The position numbers were made by a program, and so were the translations under genes. The notes beneath the pieces were generated by a model. That model worked only from the letters and a program-made list of their open reading frames with translations. It was not told the DNA's origin and ran no database searches. This document shows, one piece after another, positions 29,256 to 44,469 of a stretch of DNA of 64,000 bases (within the stretch, counting starts at the first letter, position 1; the number at the start of each line of letters is the position of its first letter). The stretch covers positions 18,042,001 to 18,106,000 of the forward strand of contig OZ024753.1 of assembly GCA_964016885.1 (NCBI GenBank), read 5' to 3'. Source of the DNA: Eledone cirrhosa (lineage: Eukaryota).

Positions 29256-29897
29256 AAGGTATATATTGTGTTAGAAACTCAAAATTGTCATTTATAATTA
29301 AATAGCTCAAGGTAAGACATGTTTCCGGACCGTATATTATAATTGAATATAAAAGAGAGATAAACACAGATATATACATATATGTGTTCAAATCGTAAGG
29401 GACCAGATTCGCTAGGGTGAAAAAATACTAACTATGAGCAATAGGGTTTGCCAGACTCAATTTCAAATAATAAATCAAGAAACGAAATACAAACCCATAT
29501 TGGAGATACTGCCAGACACCCGGACAGCTTTTGGTAATGTTGTTTCGCAATTTTAGTGAAGGGAATTACCAATTCTTTTGCTCATCAGTGGGTGTAAAAT
29601 TAAGAAACCGTTCACATCTAAGTATCTCAGAAGACTGAATAGTCTGCGTATATAAAATAAGGCACATGGCATCAGCACGTAGCGTGTATCATAAACGCAT
29701 ACAACTAAAAATAGGAGTCCAGATAACTTGTCATTTAAATTAGCACTACAAATTCAAGGAGCCTAATATATCAAAGGTATACATTGAGTTAGAAACTCAA
29801 CAACCCTATTGTTCATAGTTAGTATATTTTTCACCCTAGCGAATATGGTCCCTTACGATTTGAACACATATATCTGTTTATCTCTCTTTTATATTCA

Positions 29898-29900
<3 letters not shown>
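29250..29900. mobile_element. Element M with inverted ends and minus-strand HHR (29543-29588)
   Basis: CACCCA CTGATGA GCAA...TTGC GAA ACA...TGT C CGGGTG; 29340-29447 inverted at 29803-29900. Confidence 0.75.
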
Positions 29901-29928
<28 letters not shown>

Positions 29929-29930
29929 AA

Positions 29931-30041
<111 letters not shown>

Positions 30042-30188
30042 CACACACATACATACATACGCACACAGAAACACATACACATACACAAATATATATATAT
30101 ACACACACACATACTCATACACATACACATACACAAATATATATATACAAATATATATATATACATATGTATACGCACGCACACAGAA

Positions 30189-30303
<115 letters not shown>

Positions 30304-30473
30304 TACATACGTACGCAAACACATACAGATACACAAATATGTATATATTGATATATATAAATGTATATATATATATATGTGTGTGTGGGTGTGTGTGTGT
30401 GTGTATATATAGATATGTGTGTGAGTGTGTGTGTGTATATATAGATGTGTATGTGTGTGTATATAGATATATA

Positions 30474-30534
<61 letters not shown>

Positions 30535-31189
30535 GAGTGTGTGTGTGTATATATATATTTATGTGTGTGTATATATGAACATGATGAATATAACAATGGC
30601 ATTGGTTCACCAGACTAATGTACTCTGTACATATATTTAGAATATCCGATTATTTTTGCAACCATAACAACTTTATCTAGAGAATGTCTACATATATTTG
30701 CTGATATTGTGTTTATAAGAAATGTTATTGAATTACGGAAAAAAAAAAATTCTACTTCTATTCCATGAAATAGATAAATATATCTTTATCCTCTAGTCAA
30801 CAGTATTGGAAATATCCCGGAGGGTTTGCATTTCTATAAACAAGGAAACCGATAGCAGGAAACACTCCTCTGTTCATAACGTCCCTTAGTCTTTCCATAT
30901 AGATTTCAGGCTCTTGTATTTCACTATATTAACTAACAGAGATGTATCTAGTCTTGGTGTTGATGGTACATGTAGAGGGAAGATCTGTGAACTGGTGGTA
31001 GTTGTGTTAGTGGGAAGGGATCGGAATGTGGAATAGGTTTAATAAGACGTGTTTGTCACTGTTTCTGAAAATACAAATGTGGTACACGGAAAGTAATGCT
31101 ATAGTTAATGTACCAAAAAGCCTATGCATATGTATATGTTTACTTTTGTACATATACACACACACAGAGACAGACAGACAGACAGACAG

Positions 31190-31342
<153 letters not shown>

Positions 31343-31361
31343 ATATATATATATATATATA

Positions 31362-31526
31362 TTTATTAAAATAACAGATTAAAGTTTAAGCAAAGAATCG
31401 CTGCTTTCACCCTTAACGGGATCTTCTGAAACTAACAAAGTCAATCTGTCTACGGTTCTTATATATTTGATATATATTTTCCTTATCGAGCCCTCTTTGG
31501 ATTTTAGTCTTCAATTTTATTATTAT

Positions 31527-31530
<4 letters not shown>
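31362..31530. mobile_element. Family F copy (HHR minus 31405-31428) with inverted tail
   Basis: Nearly identical to 28043-28130; tail matches 28290-28370. Confidence 0.8.
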
Positions 31531-31596
<66 letters not shown>

Positions 31597-31604
31597 ATAT
31601 ATAA

Positions 31605-32245
31605 GTAGTAACACAACAGTTAGTTCATCATACCGAGAACAATTGCTTCACATTAAGCGGATCTTCAGCTCGGACTGGTCATGGTTAAACGGAACAGGAA
31701 GAACAACCGTATGAACGCGCATGCCCTGAAACGGTCACTTCACCCAGGCGATAAAAGCCACGGGCGAAAGATTTAAGGGAGATAACTGCGAGTGTCCAGA
31801 ATAATATGTCCGAGTTGATTAAAAAATTAGAATATTGTTGTTACTCAATCCGGAGCTTTGAAATTATGCAAGAGGTGTTTCCAGACATATGGACAACGTG
31901 AGAAGATTTCATTCCTTGAATTTATGTAATCGGTATTGCGCAATCTCCTTAGGATGTTTGTCTTTTCTTTAATACACACTCCACAAGATGGATTGCCCTT
32001 TGTGCATCGCTTGGACTTAGTGATAGCTTTCCATTGAATGCAGTAGTCCACACCTCACTCTTTGAGAGTCCATACGTGGTTCCCGAGCGTCGTGGATGGT
32101 CATTTATCCGGTACCCAAAGGTCAACAGATGTTTCAGGAAACGTTCCTTAAATCGGCCCTCCGCCATACCCACATATGATTTGACCTCCTGTTGCTGATT
32201 TGGTTGGTTGAAAGTGACCACAGCTTCATAAACTACAGCGGGCGT
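31605..32245 (-). mobile_element. Decayed 3' fragment of a second PLE of the 16797 type (GIY-YIG + 3' region)
   Basis: AVVYEAVV...YVGMAEGRFKERFLKH, frameshift, IQWK...CGVCIKEK...INSRNEIFSRC; 3' end homologous to 63850-63910. Confidence 0.85.
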
Positions 32246-32553
32246 GTATATGGAGAATATGATGGCTGTGTAGTTGCTAGTTAAGGTAGCCTTAAAAATA
32301 GGAATAATAATAAGAAGAAAGCAAGAACGGGGAGGGGGTGCTCATAAGTTTTCTACTCGGATATTTCCCCAAATATTTTATCATGTTTCGCTGTGACCCT
32401 TCTATTTTCCTTCCCTCCCCCCTCCGTTTTCCCAATAACTTACCCGGTCGTTGAACGCTCTGTGGGTAGATATATTGTCTTTAAAGCGTTGAAATATCCG
32501 AGACCCCCAGTAGAAAACTGAGGAGGAAAACCTCATCCCCCATTTCTTGCTTT

Positions 32554-32634
<81 letters not shown>

Positions 32635-33213
32635 CGAGAGAGAGAGAGTGATAGATAGATAGAGAGATAAACATTATAGATAAATGATTATGTAGTCATT
32701 AGACGAAAGTTTCAAATATCCCACCAAGGGCCACTTTACATTTCATTCTTTTACAATCAACTTTTATTCTAAGATATTTTCTTGTCAACCATTATAAAAA
32801 TAAATCTAAATTCTCAAGTTTATTCATCTAACAAACCTCTTCTGTCTCATGTTTTAGATTGGGCGGTGGTATTTTCGCCGATACTTACGTTGCTAAATGG
32901 GATAACTGGACCGTGGCATTGAAGCGGCTAACTCTGGTCATTCATCCAAACCAATTATCGTCTTCTCTAATTGAATGGATGAAGAAAGAAGTAAATTATT
33001 TCAGGTAAGAGGAGTTCATTACACACTTTGCTACATTCCCACAATATAATGCTAGTACCAGTGCCGGGAATGTATAGGACAAGTTCTAAAGCCTACATTT
33101 CTCTCTGTATAATTGATGAACTTGTTCCGCCATCCCCTCTTAAACTGTTAACTGTGGATTTATTGGTATCACCGTTAACATTTTAAGAATAGTCATTGTA
33201 CGTATTCTAGCGA

Positions 33214-33380
33214 GGTACATGGCTTAGTGGCTAGAGAGTTGGGGTTACAATCTTAAGGTTGTGTGTTCAATTCCCGGACCGGTGTATGCGTTGTGTCCTT
33301 TAGCAAGGGACGTTATTTCACGTTGCTCCAGTTTACTCAGCTGTAGATATGAGTTGCGACATTACTGGTGTGAAGCTTTA
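33214..33380 (+). mobile_element. tRNA-derived SINE family 2
   Basis: A-box TGGCTTAGTGG, B-box GTTCAATTCC, body GTTGTGTCCTTTAGCAAG...TTTCACGTTGCTCCAG; copies at 34322-34456(-), 43549-43686(-), 54280-54520(+). Confidence 0.8.
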
Positions 33381-33387
33381 TTAAGAC

Positions 33388-34257
33388 ACTAGCAGTGGTA
33401 CCCGGCGTTGCACGGGATAAGGTATTTTGGAACGCGGGCCGCCAACAAACCTAATCGTGGAAAAACTGCATGCCTGGACAATAAGTAAAGCAAATAAACC
33501 GAATACTCTGATGGCTGGATAATCTTTAAGATTTTCCTCGGTGAAGCAGGAAAAATGCAGATGTTCACCTAGGGGATCATAAAATAAATTTGTTTTTATG
33601 TGCATAATATGCCTTGAAATTTCGGAAAAATCGGCTAGACGTAACGCCTCCAAAAAGCCCTAAAAAGCTGAAAAAGTGAAGTTTTTCACCTAATGCGGTC
33701 CCTAGGCCATGACAAGTTGGATTTTCTTTGCTCACGGTATGAAGAAGAGACTAACTAATACATAGTTACAATTTCAAGGAAATCGGTCCGACGTAACGCC
33801 TAAAAAAAAACATAAAAAGCTTAAAAAACGCAGTTTTTCACCTAATGCGGGCCCTAGAAGATCAAAAATAATACCTATGTAAAGTTTGAAAACAATCGGT
33901 TGGGTATTTTTCGAGATTTAGGGATTCAAACTCACATACACACACACACACACATCCTCAGGGAAGCGACGTAATGCAGACAGCCAGACATACAGACATA
34001 TATTACAAGGGCACGACGTTATATGTACGTATCTATCTAAAAAGGGAAAGATTAAGAATTATAGAGAGAGATCGCTAAATCGCCTGATGCGGTCCCTAGG
34101 GCATTAAAAATTTGAAATTTTGTTTGCCCAGAACACTTCCCGCAACATAAGTATTACATGTGTAAAGTTTGATAACAGCCGGTTGAGTGCGTCTCGAGTT
34201 TTAGGGATTCAAACTCACACACACATAGACAGACATCCTCAGTTATATATATATATA
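33388..34257 (-). mobile_element. Non-autonomous Helitron-like element with internal sub-repeats
   Basis: Minus-strand 3' end CCCGTGCAACGCCGGG then TACCACTG CTAG T; repeated CCTAATGCGGTCCCTAG (33689, 33841, 34083) and TTAGGGATTCAAACTCAC units. Confidence 0.7.
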
Positions 34258-35561
34258 TTACGTTTCTCTTGGTGCAAGGAGACAATATTTTTATTGGTCT
34301 TGCCATTTCTGATATTATCTACTCGTCGCAACTCCTGGTAGAAAGAGCAACGTGAAATAAATTGTCTTGTTTAAGGACATAACACATATCTCGGGAGTCA
34401 AACTCACAACCTCACTATTGTGAATTCAATTCTCTAACCACTAAACCATGCACCTACACACCAATGTAAAAGCCCACAAATTCTGATTATTTCTCATAGT
34501 TTAGCCACAGACATTCTATGACAGATTCTTTGTTTAGGTCCAAGAAATAATTTAGCTTTGATAAGTTACTAATACTCCATAAATCCCAGATACGTTACGC
34601 GTTGATGTAATTCTAGTCAGTTACTAATATAAGCTCCAACACCTTACCATTTTTCTTTCATACACAGGCTAAAATCATCAGCTGTAAATCTCTTAGTTTC
34701 CTTTTTCTGTATCCAATTTAAAGGCATTTGCTGCGTAACCTGGTGAGCAACGAACTCGAGAAACACCCGTATTTCTTTCACTTTTTAGCCTTACATTGCC
34801 TCGCATTCAAGATACTCACATGGAACAATTTTCCTCTCCATAAAACACAGAATACTTTGTTCGGCATCGCATGTTGGCCAATCACTTCTCTCAAATATGG
34901 GTCTAGATATCAATACATTTAGTATAAGCTTGCATATTTCATGCGTCAGTCTCCTCTCATCTTTTATAAATATATGAAAACGAAAGCATTATTAACTGTT
35001 TAGCTTGCTGCAACTAACTTTGTTTAGAGTCACCGAACACTTTATTAAGTGCCCCAAAATGAATTAAAGTGCAAAACTATTTAGTTATGTAAGATTGTAG
35101 AATATGACAGTATATCCAGATGTTAGTTGACATAAAAAACGAAAAGACAAATTCCAGACACTTATTAATTCCATTTCCTTTCTTTCATCAGAGATGTGTT
35201 AAGGATACATAAAATATGCATACATTTCAGAAGACAAGTCTCCAGAGCGGAAATATCTGAATATCTCTATGTTTTTATTTTGATAACACAATATTATTAT
35301 ATGGATATCACAATGTTATTATATAGATGTCATATTGTCTGATATCTTGGATTCATTATTTATTATTTATTATTTCTGCTCTGTGACCTAACACTCGTAT
35401 CATATGTTCGATCAATGTAACCGATGGGTTACACTATGGAACTGTTGGTTCGTTACATTGACAATTTGTAGAAAAACATTGAGTTTGAAAATTTGGTGGC
35501 ATATTTTAACCAAGTTTGATCTCCCAATTTCTTACCCCCCCCCACACACACATACACACAG

Positions 35562-35596
<35 letters not shown>

Positions 35597-35621
35597 CACA
35601 GACACACACACATATATATAT

Positions 35622-36000
35622 AAGGGATAAGTTATCGTTATAGGTTATCCAGTTAGAGGCTGTGAATACTCCGTATTGTGGATAGTTTTAGCGTATGGCG
35701 TTGTTTGACCCAACAGGAGGTTTCCTTAGGTAGCGAGTTTGTGAGTCTCGGGAATTCCTGTGTAAGTTAATCTTGGAGTGATATAAGTGAAAGAATGAAG
35801 AATAACATGGTCAACAGTACAAGAAGGGTTTTATTTACATTATTAACAATTGTTTCATTGATTAAGTTGTTAATCACTTGACGTTGTGACATTCAATTTT
35901 AAATACGATACATGTTTAAACAAATCATCAGAAAACTGAATAGAATTATACATAGCGTTTACATATTCAAATTACAACATCAGTAGTAAAGTATCGATAT
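35622..36000 (-). mobile_element. Element N with HHR-like motif (35853-35931)
   Basis: CTGATGA TTTGTTTAA...TTAATCAAT GAA ACAATTGT T; helix I weak. Confidence 0.55.
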
Positions 36001-36084
36001 ATAAGTATCGATTACTCTGGTGCCTTATGGTCCACCTGGCTCCTTACCACACTTCCTCCGTTATATATATATATATGTATATAT

Positions 36085-36246
36085 GGAAAGTTATATTTAA
36101 ATTGTTGGGTTACAACTAGTAAATATTTATAACTGATATAAAAGCACTCAACAAGTATTTGGAGTATTGTTAATATGATATCCCTGAAATATATATAATG
36201 AAATAAATATGGTTTTATAAATATAGTTTCCATTTATTTAATATCG

Positions 36247-36249
<3 letters not shown>
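36085..36249. mobile_element. Family C remnant: inverted tail plus post-HHR segment
   Basis: 36085-36166 is the reverse complement of the 5292-5377 tail; 36180-36249 matches 5223-5291. Confidence 0.75.
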
Positions 36250-36332
<83 letters not shown>

Positions 36333-36477
36333 AATCTACCAAAATATACGGTAGTGTCCAATCCGTATGAAGAACTAAATGTAATCCCAATATAGAAGAT
36401 ATCATAAAAAGAGTAGATGCATTCAAAAATTTACGATAAAAGTCATAAGAACACAGAGTCGAGATAAATAAATAAAA

Positions 36478-36712
36478 ACAATGCAATAAAAACAAAGAAC
36501 AAGTTCCTTATATAAACAAATTCATCATTTTACGATCGTTTCTGGGATGTATATGTGTGTTGGTATGTATATCATGTTTAAGATCTATGTAAAAATATTA
36601 CAAATTATCAGAGAAAATATACATACCTTCACATATACATACCAGAAACGATCGTAAAATGATGATTTTTTTATATGAGGAACTTGTTCTTTGTTTTTAT
36701 TTCATTTTATTA
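36478..36712. repeat. Foldback O with HHR-like 3' half (GAAACGATCGTA)
   Basis: 36485-36545 inverted at 36642-36703. Confidence 0.7.
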
Positions 36713-36818
36713 TTAATTTATATATATATATATACAGATATGCGTGTGTGTATATATATATATGTGTGTGTGCGTGTGTGTGTATATATATAGGTGTGTG
36801 TGTGTATATATATATATG

Positions 36819-36900
<82 letters not shown>

Positions 36901-36914
36901 ATATATATATATAT

Positions 36915-37525
36915 TATGGTCAGGTCACCAGTTGGTGCTACTGGTAACATGTATCCCAGTACAACCTGTCTCGTGGTCGGGTCGTTGGCGACTAAACCGG
37001 CAACCCGACCAAGGTTTCTTGTGAGGAGGGTGACTTTGGACATCCTGCAGGACTTAAAACAAAAGCTGTGAAAGGGTAAAGGAGCTCTTAAGAGTCAATG
37101 GCCATCCAAAATCACCGGGAGAGATGACCCCTTAGCCTTTGTCAAGGCAGAATTCTAGGAGAAGGAAAACTCTGATATAACACCTGCAACTCTGATGGTA
37201 TCCAATGATGTTGACTTGTTCTTCTTTTTGGTAAATATCATCTTGGTTAAGAGAGGGGGACTGGTTTTGTGCAGTGCCTTTGCTCACTATAAAAGCTTCA
37301 CAGCCCAGACATTGCTTTATATCTGGAGATCTCTCTGCACTTGTCGTCACATGGTACCATGGGCGCAGCACTATGTGTCAATAATTGTCACAAATGAAGT
37401 ATTTGTACCAGAGTTTTCAAGTCGCTGGCTGGACTAAAAAGTCACACTCGTTCAGCGCATCGGTAGGCGTTCTCCTACATGGATATAAAGTAGTGGCCGT
37501 ACTCGAAAACGAGTTGGCAGCCACC

Positions 37526-37527
<2 letters not shown>
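36915..37527 (+). mobile_element. ~610-bp RTE-related non-autonomous element, copy 1
   Basis: Highly similar over its full length to 40621-41233; contains CTAGGAGAAGGAAAACTCTGATATAACACCTGC; ends TGGCCGTACTCGAAAACGAGTTGGCAGCCACCAT + (AT)n. Confidence 0.75.
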
Positions 37528-37556
<29 letters not shown>

Positions 37557-37576
37557 TTGGAGCTCTGAAATAGCCA

Positions 37577-38066
<490 letters not shown>

Positions 38067-38089
38067 ATATATATATGTATATATGTATA

Positions 38090-38147
<58 letters not shown>

Positions 38148-38351
38148 TGTATATGTATGTATATATGTATATATATATACACATATATATATGTATGTAT
38201 ATATATATACATATATATATCTATATATATATATGTATATGTATATATATATATAGGAAAAGAGTCAGCAACCCGTCGGCTGAGCTCCTGCCGTTTCGAC
38301 AGCTAGATTCGAACGCATTATGGTCCACCTGGTATCTTACCATTCCTTCTT

Positions 38352-38444
<93 letters not shown>

Positions 38445-38447
<3 letters not shown>

Positions 38448-39123
38448 ATTAGAATACTGGAGCGTGTTTGAGTCAAACACCCTCTTCGTATTATAGAAAT
38501 GACAGTAAAAGGTATAGCTCAATGCAGTTAAACAGAGCCGAAAAATTAAGAGAGTAAAACAAAGAATCCTTTAATACATCAAAAGTTTGTATTAGCCGAC
38601 AATGTTTCGTCCTATTAAGGACTCATCAGGGCAATCAAAACAACAAGAGGTAATTTCGGCAGATACAAGCCAGAAACTCTGAAGAATAATGGAGTTTACA
38701 TACACTAATGTCTTACAAGGATATACGATAATAAAAATGAAGATAAAAATAATAAAATTATAATAACTAAGGATGTAGATAACATTAAGAACCATATTAC
38801 AAATATAGTCCCAAAGTCACCAACTTAAATCTAAACAAATTTAGGTTATATAGAGCAGGAATTATATATAACACAGTATAATACATTATAATAATAATAT
38901 ATCTATACCAACACTGAAATTCCAAATCAAAAATCAAAAGGTACAATATATACATGTATATATGTGCGCACACACACACACACACACACACATTCTGGCT
39001 TGTATCTGCCGAAATTACCTCTTGTTGTTTTGATTGCCCTGATGAGTCCTTAATAGGACGAAATATTGTCGGCTAATAAAAACTATTGATGTATTAAAGG
39101 ATTCTTTGTTTTACTCTCTTAAT
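38445..39123. mobile_element. Foldback Q with textbook minimal HHRs (minus 38605-38629, plus 39039-39063)
   Basis: ATTGCC CTGATGA GTCC TTAATA GGAC GAA ACATTGT C GGCTAAT; arms 38545-38675/38993-39123. Confidence 0.92.
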
Positions 39124-39169
39124 AATATATATATATAATATATTATATATATATAATATATATATATAT

Positions 39170-39201
<32 letters not shown>

Positions 39202-39468
39202 ATATTATATATATATATACATATATACATATATATATATAAAACGGAAAAAATGAAACGAAATTTCATTTCCCACTCTTAGTACGGCTGTTACTTAAAC
39301 TTAAGTATGTTATACGTACATACATACATATATACAGACGTACAGTAGTATGTATATATATATACATACATGCACACATATATATGTACGTATGGATTCA
39401 CCGAACATTTATTATAATGCTCGGTGTGTCTGTAAACAAACATCCGTATTAAGCCATAGTGTCCAGCA

Positions 39469-39518
<50 letters not shown>

Positions 39519-39534
39519 GATTTAGAGAGAGAGA

Positions 39535-39581
<47 letters not shown>

Positions 39582-40190
39582 GAGATAGAGAGAGAGCGAG
39601 AGAGAGACTGTTGGTTGGTAGATAGATAGACAGAAAAAAGAAGGGAGTGGCTGTATCTTAACGAACAAAACGAAAATATTACATCAGTATTGACCGCTGT
39701 GTATAAGTGTGGACATTGCTAAGAATTTAGCTTCTTTTATTAGTTGGCAGGTTGATAAGAGAGAAATAGAGAAGTCTTCAGCAAGTGGAGAACTGACTAC
39801 ATCGGTAGAGGTTTACGAGGCGCCGTGCATAAGGCAATATATTCACACACACGCTCTCTCTCACATTTATTTTATACAAGCTGCGATAGTTATATGCAAA
39901 TGAGTAAAAGCGGCGCCTGTTTCCTATGGTATTCCTCTCATTCAAAGCACGTAACCTATTCTACTGTCTATATTTTAACAACGTGTAGACTATTTCGATA
40001 AAACAGCTAAGATCCTATGAAATAGATAAGTGTTTTTTTTTTTATTTCGCTCTGTATATTGGGGTGGTGGGGGAAAGGGGTCTAATGAACTTTTGTAACG
40101 TTTATTTTCGATAATGTCCCGAGAATTCAGCTCTTAGATATAGACAATGCATTTTAAGGAGTATTAATAAAAAGAAATACTAATTATAAG

Positions 40191-40405
40191 GGAGGAGGAA
40201 TAGTTGGCTCGGTAGAGCGTCGAACAGCATGCTTTATGGCATAGAGTTGCGTACATTTACGTTCTGAGTTCGGATCTCGCCAAGGTTAGCTTTGCCTTTC
40301 ACCTTTACGGTGTCGATAAAATGAAGTAGCAGTAATACACTGAGGTCGGTTTAATAACCCCCCCCCCCTCCACCAATTTGGTCTTGTGTCTAAATCAGAA
40401 ACCAT
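40191..40405 (+). mobile_element. SINE family 1 copy (diverged)
   Basis: TTACGTTCTGAGTTCGGATCTCGCCAAGGTTAGCTTTGCCTTTCA...GTCGATAAAAT. Confidence 0.75.
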
Positions 40406-40620
40406 TAATAACAAATGACAAGGCTGCGGTGGCAACAGGAGAGCCAAAACCCACTCCACAAATCTTGTGACATTACTGACGAGTGAAATAGGTTAGGTGA
40501 AACAATATAGAAGAACACAGAGTAGGGCGAGTTAGAAGTCACAACCTCACCGTTGGGAACTCAACGAACAACCAATATGTATGTATGTATGTATGAATAT
40601 GTATGTATATATATATATAT

Positions 40621-41229
40621 TATGTCAGGTCACTAGTTTGTGCTACTGGTAACATGTATCCCAGTACAACCTGACTCATGGTCGGGTCGTTGGCGACTAA
40701 ACTGGCAACCCCACCAAGGTTTCTTGGTGAGGAGGGTGACTTTGGACATCCTGCAGGACTAAAAACAAAACCTGTCGAAGGGAAAAGGAGCTCTTAAGAG
40801 TCAATGGCCATCCAAAATCACCGGGAGAGATGACCCCTTAGCCTTTGTCAAGGCAGAATTCTAGGAGAAGGAAAACTCTGATATAACACCTGCAGCTCTG
40901 GTGGTATCCAATGATGTTGACTTGTTCTTCTTTTTGGTAAATATCATCTTGGTTAAGAGAGTGGGACTGGCTTTGTGCAGTGCCTTTGCTCACTATGAAA
41001 GCTTCACGGCACAGGCATTGTTTTATATCTGGAGATCTCTCTGCACATGTCGTCACATGGTACCATGGGCGCAGCACTATGTGTCAATAATTGTCACAAG
41101 TGTAGTGTTTGTACCAGAGTTTTCAAGTCACTAGCTGGACTAAAAAGTCACACTCGTTCAGCGCATCGGTAGGGGTTCTCCTACATGGATATAAAGTAGT
41201 GGCCGTACTCGAAAACGAGTTGACAGCCA

Positions 41230-41233
<4 letters not shown>
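40621..41233 (+). mobile_element. ~610-bp RTE-related element, copy 2
   Basis: Direct repeat of 36915-37527 with the same termini, between TA tracts. Confidence 0.75.
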
Positions 41234-41276
<43 letters not shown>

Positions 41277-41277
<1 letters not shown>

Positions 41278-41433
41278 ATAATAATAAATGTGAAGACTAA
41301 AATCCAAAGAGGGCTCGATATGGATAAATATATATCAAATATATAAGAACCCTAGAGCAAATATTTATTAAAATAACAGATTAAAGTTTAAGCAAAGAAT
41401 CGCTGCTTTCGCACTTAACGGGATCTTCTGAAA
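41277..41433 (-). mobile_element. Family F copy (HHR 41407-41430)
   Basis: Same CAGAAGA core; truncated just 5' of it. Confidence 0.75.
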
Positions 41434-41600
41434 TATATGTATATATATATATATATATATAAATGTATCTATAGTATATTTAGCAATATACCGTATGTTA
41501 ATGAACTGAAAATTATAGAAGGCGGATTCTTATAGAATTCCAGTAATAATCAGGAACTTGTTATACAAAGCGATTGTCAGTCCAGCAAAAATGAGGTATA

Positions 41601-41677
<77 letters not shown>

Positions 41678-41683
<6 letters not shown>

Positions 41684-42355
41684 AGGTACTATTTATAGCT
41701 ATGTATATATTATACTATAGACAACTACAAACAGGGAAGGTCAGTAATGTATTACTACCTTATTACCAGTAAGATAAATAGATCAATGTAAGAACATCAA
41801 TTGTTTTACAGAGCATAATATTGAATACACAATAATCAAAGTTATGTTTAAAACATTTATTCGTTAACAATTGTTTCTTCCAAACCTAGGCTTGGAGTTT
41901 TCGGAGCATTATTATTGTTTGAACACACAATTAACCACCTATTCTACTGAAGAATCATACAGATACATATATATTGACAACAGTTTCATGTTTACAGTGT
42001 GGAATGGATGCGACATATATTATATTATACTGTAATTGTACAATAATTCAAATTAAGATTAAAATCAAAATTAAAATTAAATTAAATTTAAAATTAAAAG
42101 CATAGGGTGGAATACATGCGACAGATAATGCAATGCGAGGATATTTTCTGTATAGTTCAAATTAGTATGTGTGTAGAAAAAGAAAGTTACAGATTTCACA
42201 TCCATTACATAAGGTACGATATATTTGTATTGAATGTTTGTTATAGTAATGGATTGTAATGTATTGTAACTTAATGCTATTTAATCCATATTTATAGATT
42301 ATAGTTGTTCAGCTGCGAGAATTTTCAACGATTTAATATCCGGAAGTGGGTATGG
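41678..42355 (-). mobile_element. Family A copy (HHR 41874-41904, core decayed to CCGAAAA)
   Basis: Colinear with 3172-3999. Confidence 0.75.
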
Positions 42356-42417
42356 AATTAAGGTGAGCTAATGCGTAAGGGGAGGTAACTAGCTCAATAG
42401 ACATTATATGGTGTCTC

Positions 42418-42650
42418 AATTGAGTCCCTTATATAACAAGTTATATATTTATATTTAATTTTAAATACAGTCTACTCTCTCATAATATATTAAAGGTTTC
42501 ATTAGAAAGTTGTCCACCCAATATTATATAGTGCCATAATTGAATTTCCCATACAAAGTGTTATATATTTATATTTAATTTAATTTTAAATACATTCTAC
42601 TCTCTCAAAATATATTAGAGGTTTTATTATCTTATTGTCTACACAATATC
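42418..42650. repeat. ~123-bp tandem duplication
   Basis: GTTATATATTTATATTTAATTT...AAATACA(G/T)TCTACTCTCTCA occurs twice. Confidence 0.7.
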
Positions 42651-42724
42651 TGGTAAGCTATGGAATAACGTATAGCTGTTTGCTATAAATATATATATTT
42701 ATAAATAAATATATTTATATATGC

Positions 42725-42793
<69 letters not shown>

Positions 42794-43689
42794 TAGAGAG
42801 ATAGGGAGAAGGAGGAGAGAAATAAATACACATAGATATATAGCTAGTTAGATAGATAGATAGATAGATAAATAGAGAAAGAGTATTAACTGGATATATA
42901 AATATATGATTGAACGAATGCTGAAATAAATATATTGAAAAGGTGGATCGATATAATGGGATTGGTGACTTTGTTGGTTGAAAACTGACATGTCTATAGA
43001 TTCTATGAAGATCTTTGAAAATAAATGCTGAATGAACGATAAATTGAGTTTGCTGGGAATGGAAATATAGTTAACGACATGTACAAATGTAGAAATGAAT
43101 TAAAAAATATGAAAAAAAAAAAAAAAAATGAAGTGTGGTTAGTTGATTTTCTATGAACAAATTGAATTTTAATGAAGAATATCTTAAACCTGGCTAAAAA
43201 GATATAGTTAACATGTTTAGAAAAATATCAACGGAAAGGAATTTAAAGAAATAAAATTGACAACGTTCTATATTCTTTGATTGGTTGTAGACTGAGGACC
43301 TATTTAGGACACTTCTTTGAAGAGATCGTTGATTTTATTATATTTGTCCCAGTACCCATTACATCTCTCTGCTTATGGAAGAAAGGAAATAAACGAAAAC
43401 AAAAACTACTACATACACACACACACACTTTCACACACACACATTCATACAAACACATAATATATCGACAGTCGATTGACGCTCGCCAAATCGGATCGAG
43501 GAAACAATGTTTCCATTGGTCTTTCCAATTGTTAATTCTATCTATCGGTCGCAACTCCAGGTAGAAGAAGCAACGTGAGATGAGGTGTCTTGCTCAAGGG
43601 AATAACGCATCACCCGGTTCAGGAATCGAACTCACAACCTCACGATTGCGAATCCAATGCTCCAACCACTCAGCCACACACCTTCACCT

Positions 43690-43721
<32 letters not shown>

Positions 43722-43831
43722 TATACATTCAACCATGCTGTGAGTTGACCACAAACATTGTGTCAACTCCAGATACTCGACTTCCTTGGCACCACGAATA
43801 ATCAACTCTCATTGAGATTTAACATATATAT

Positions 43832-44011
43832 AATTGTTTCTACTTTTGGCACAAGGCCAGCAATTATACCAGTATATTACTGGTATTTCATTTTATCGAC
43901 CCCGTAAGGATAAAAGGCAAAGTTAACATCGGCGGGATTTGAACTCAGTCTATAAAGGGACGTAACTCCATGCTGGAAAGCTTGGCGTCCGACTCTCTAG
44001 TGATACTGCCA
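43832..44011 (-). mobile_element. SINE family 1 copy
   Basis: Reverse complement of the family consensus; partial copy also at 45533-45638. Confidence 0.85.
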
Positions 44012-44469
44012 TGTTACTTAACTTACTCGACGAGAAAGACCATCGATGGCAGATAATATATTTCTATCAGTGGATGTGAGCCCTGTCGTAGTTATTGAAT
44101 CCTACTTGTGACTTACAAGTTTTATTGCATAAAATACATTGGAATTCAACTTCTACCACTAACCCATGATTATGTATTTTTTATTAACTCACGAATTCTA
44201 AAGTTCTCTGACACATGAACCCCATATTCTACATGTGACTTGTATAGCGGGATATCGAGAGGCACATTTGGCCACATATATTAAATACAAACGTAAGTAC
44301 AGATATTTCCATAAGCTGGCCTTTCACAGCTGCACGCTAAATGGTGCCCCATTCCGAACAATTTCCTAAATAGCTCCTTCTTCATTAGAGATACTGGTGC
44401 GTCATTTGTTTCTATCAAATGCTCTATATATATATATATAATTTCACCACTACTGGAATTGCATAATCA

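Noticed and set aside
31640-31672. CTGAAGA...GAAG as an intact HHR of the 31605-32245 PLE
   Set aside because: Helix II does not pair and GAAA is altered; counted only as decayed
32820-35340. Unique segments flanking the SINE/Helitron cluster with coding-like composition on the minus strand
   Set aside because: Multiple stops in the frames tried and no family recognised; frameshift-aware BLASTX would be needed
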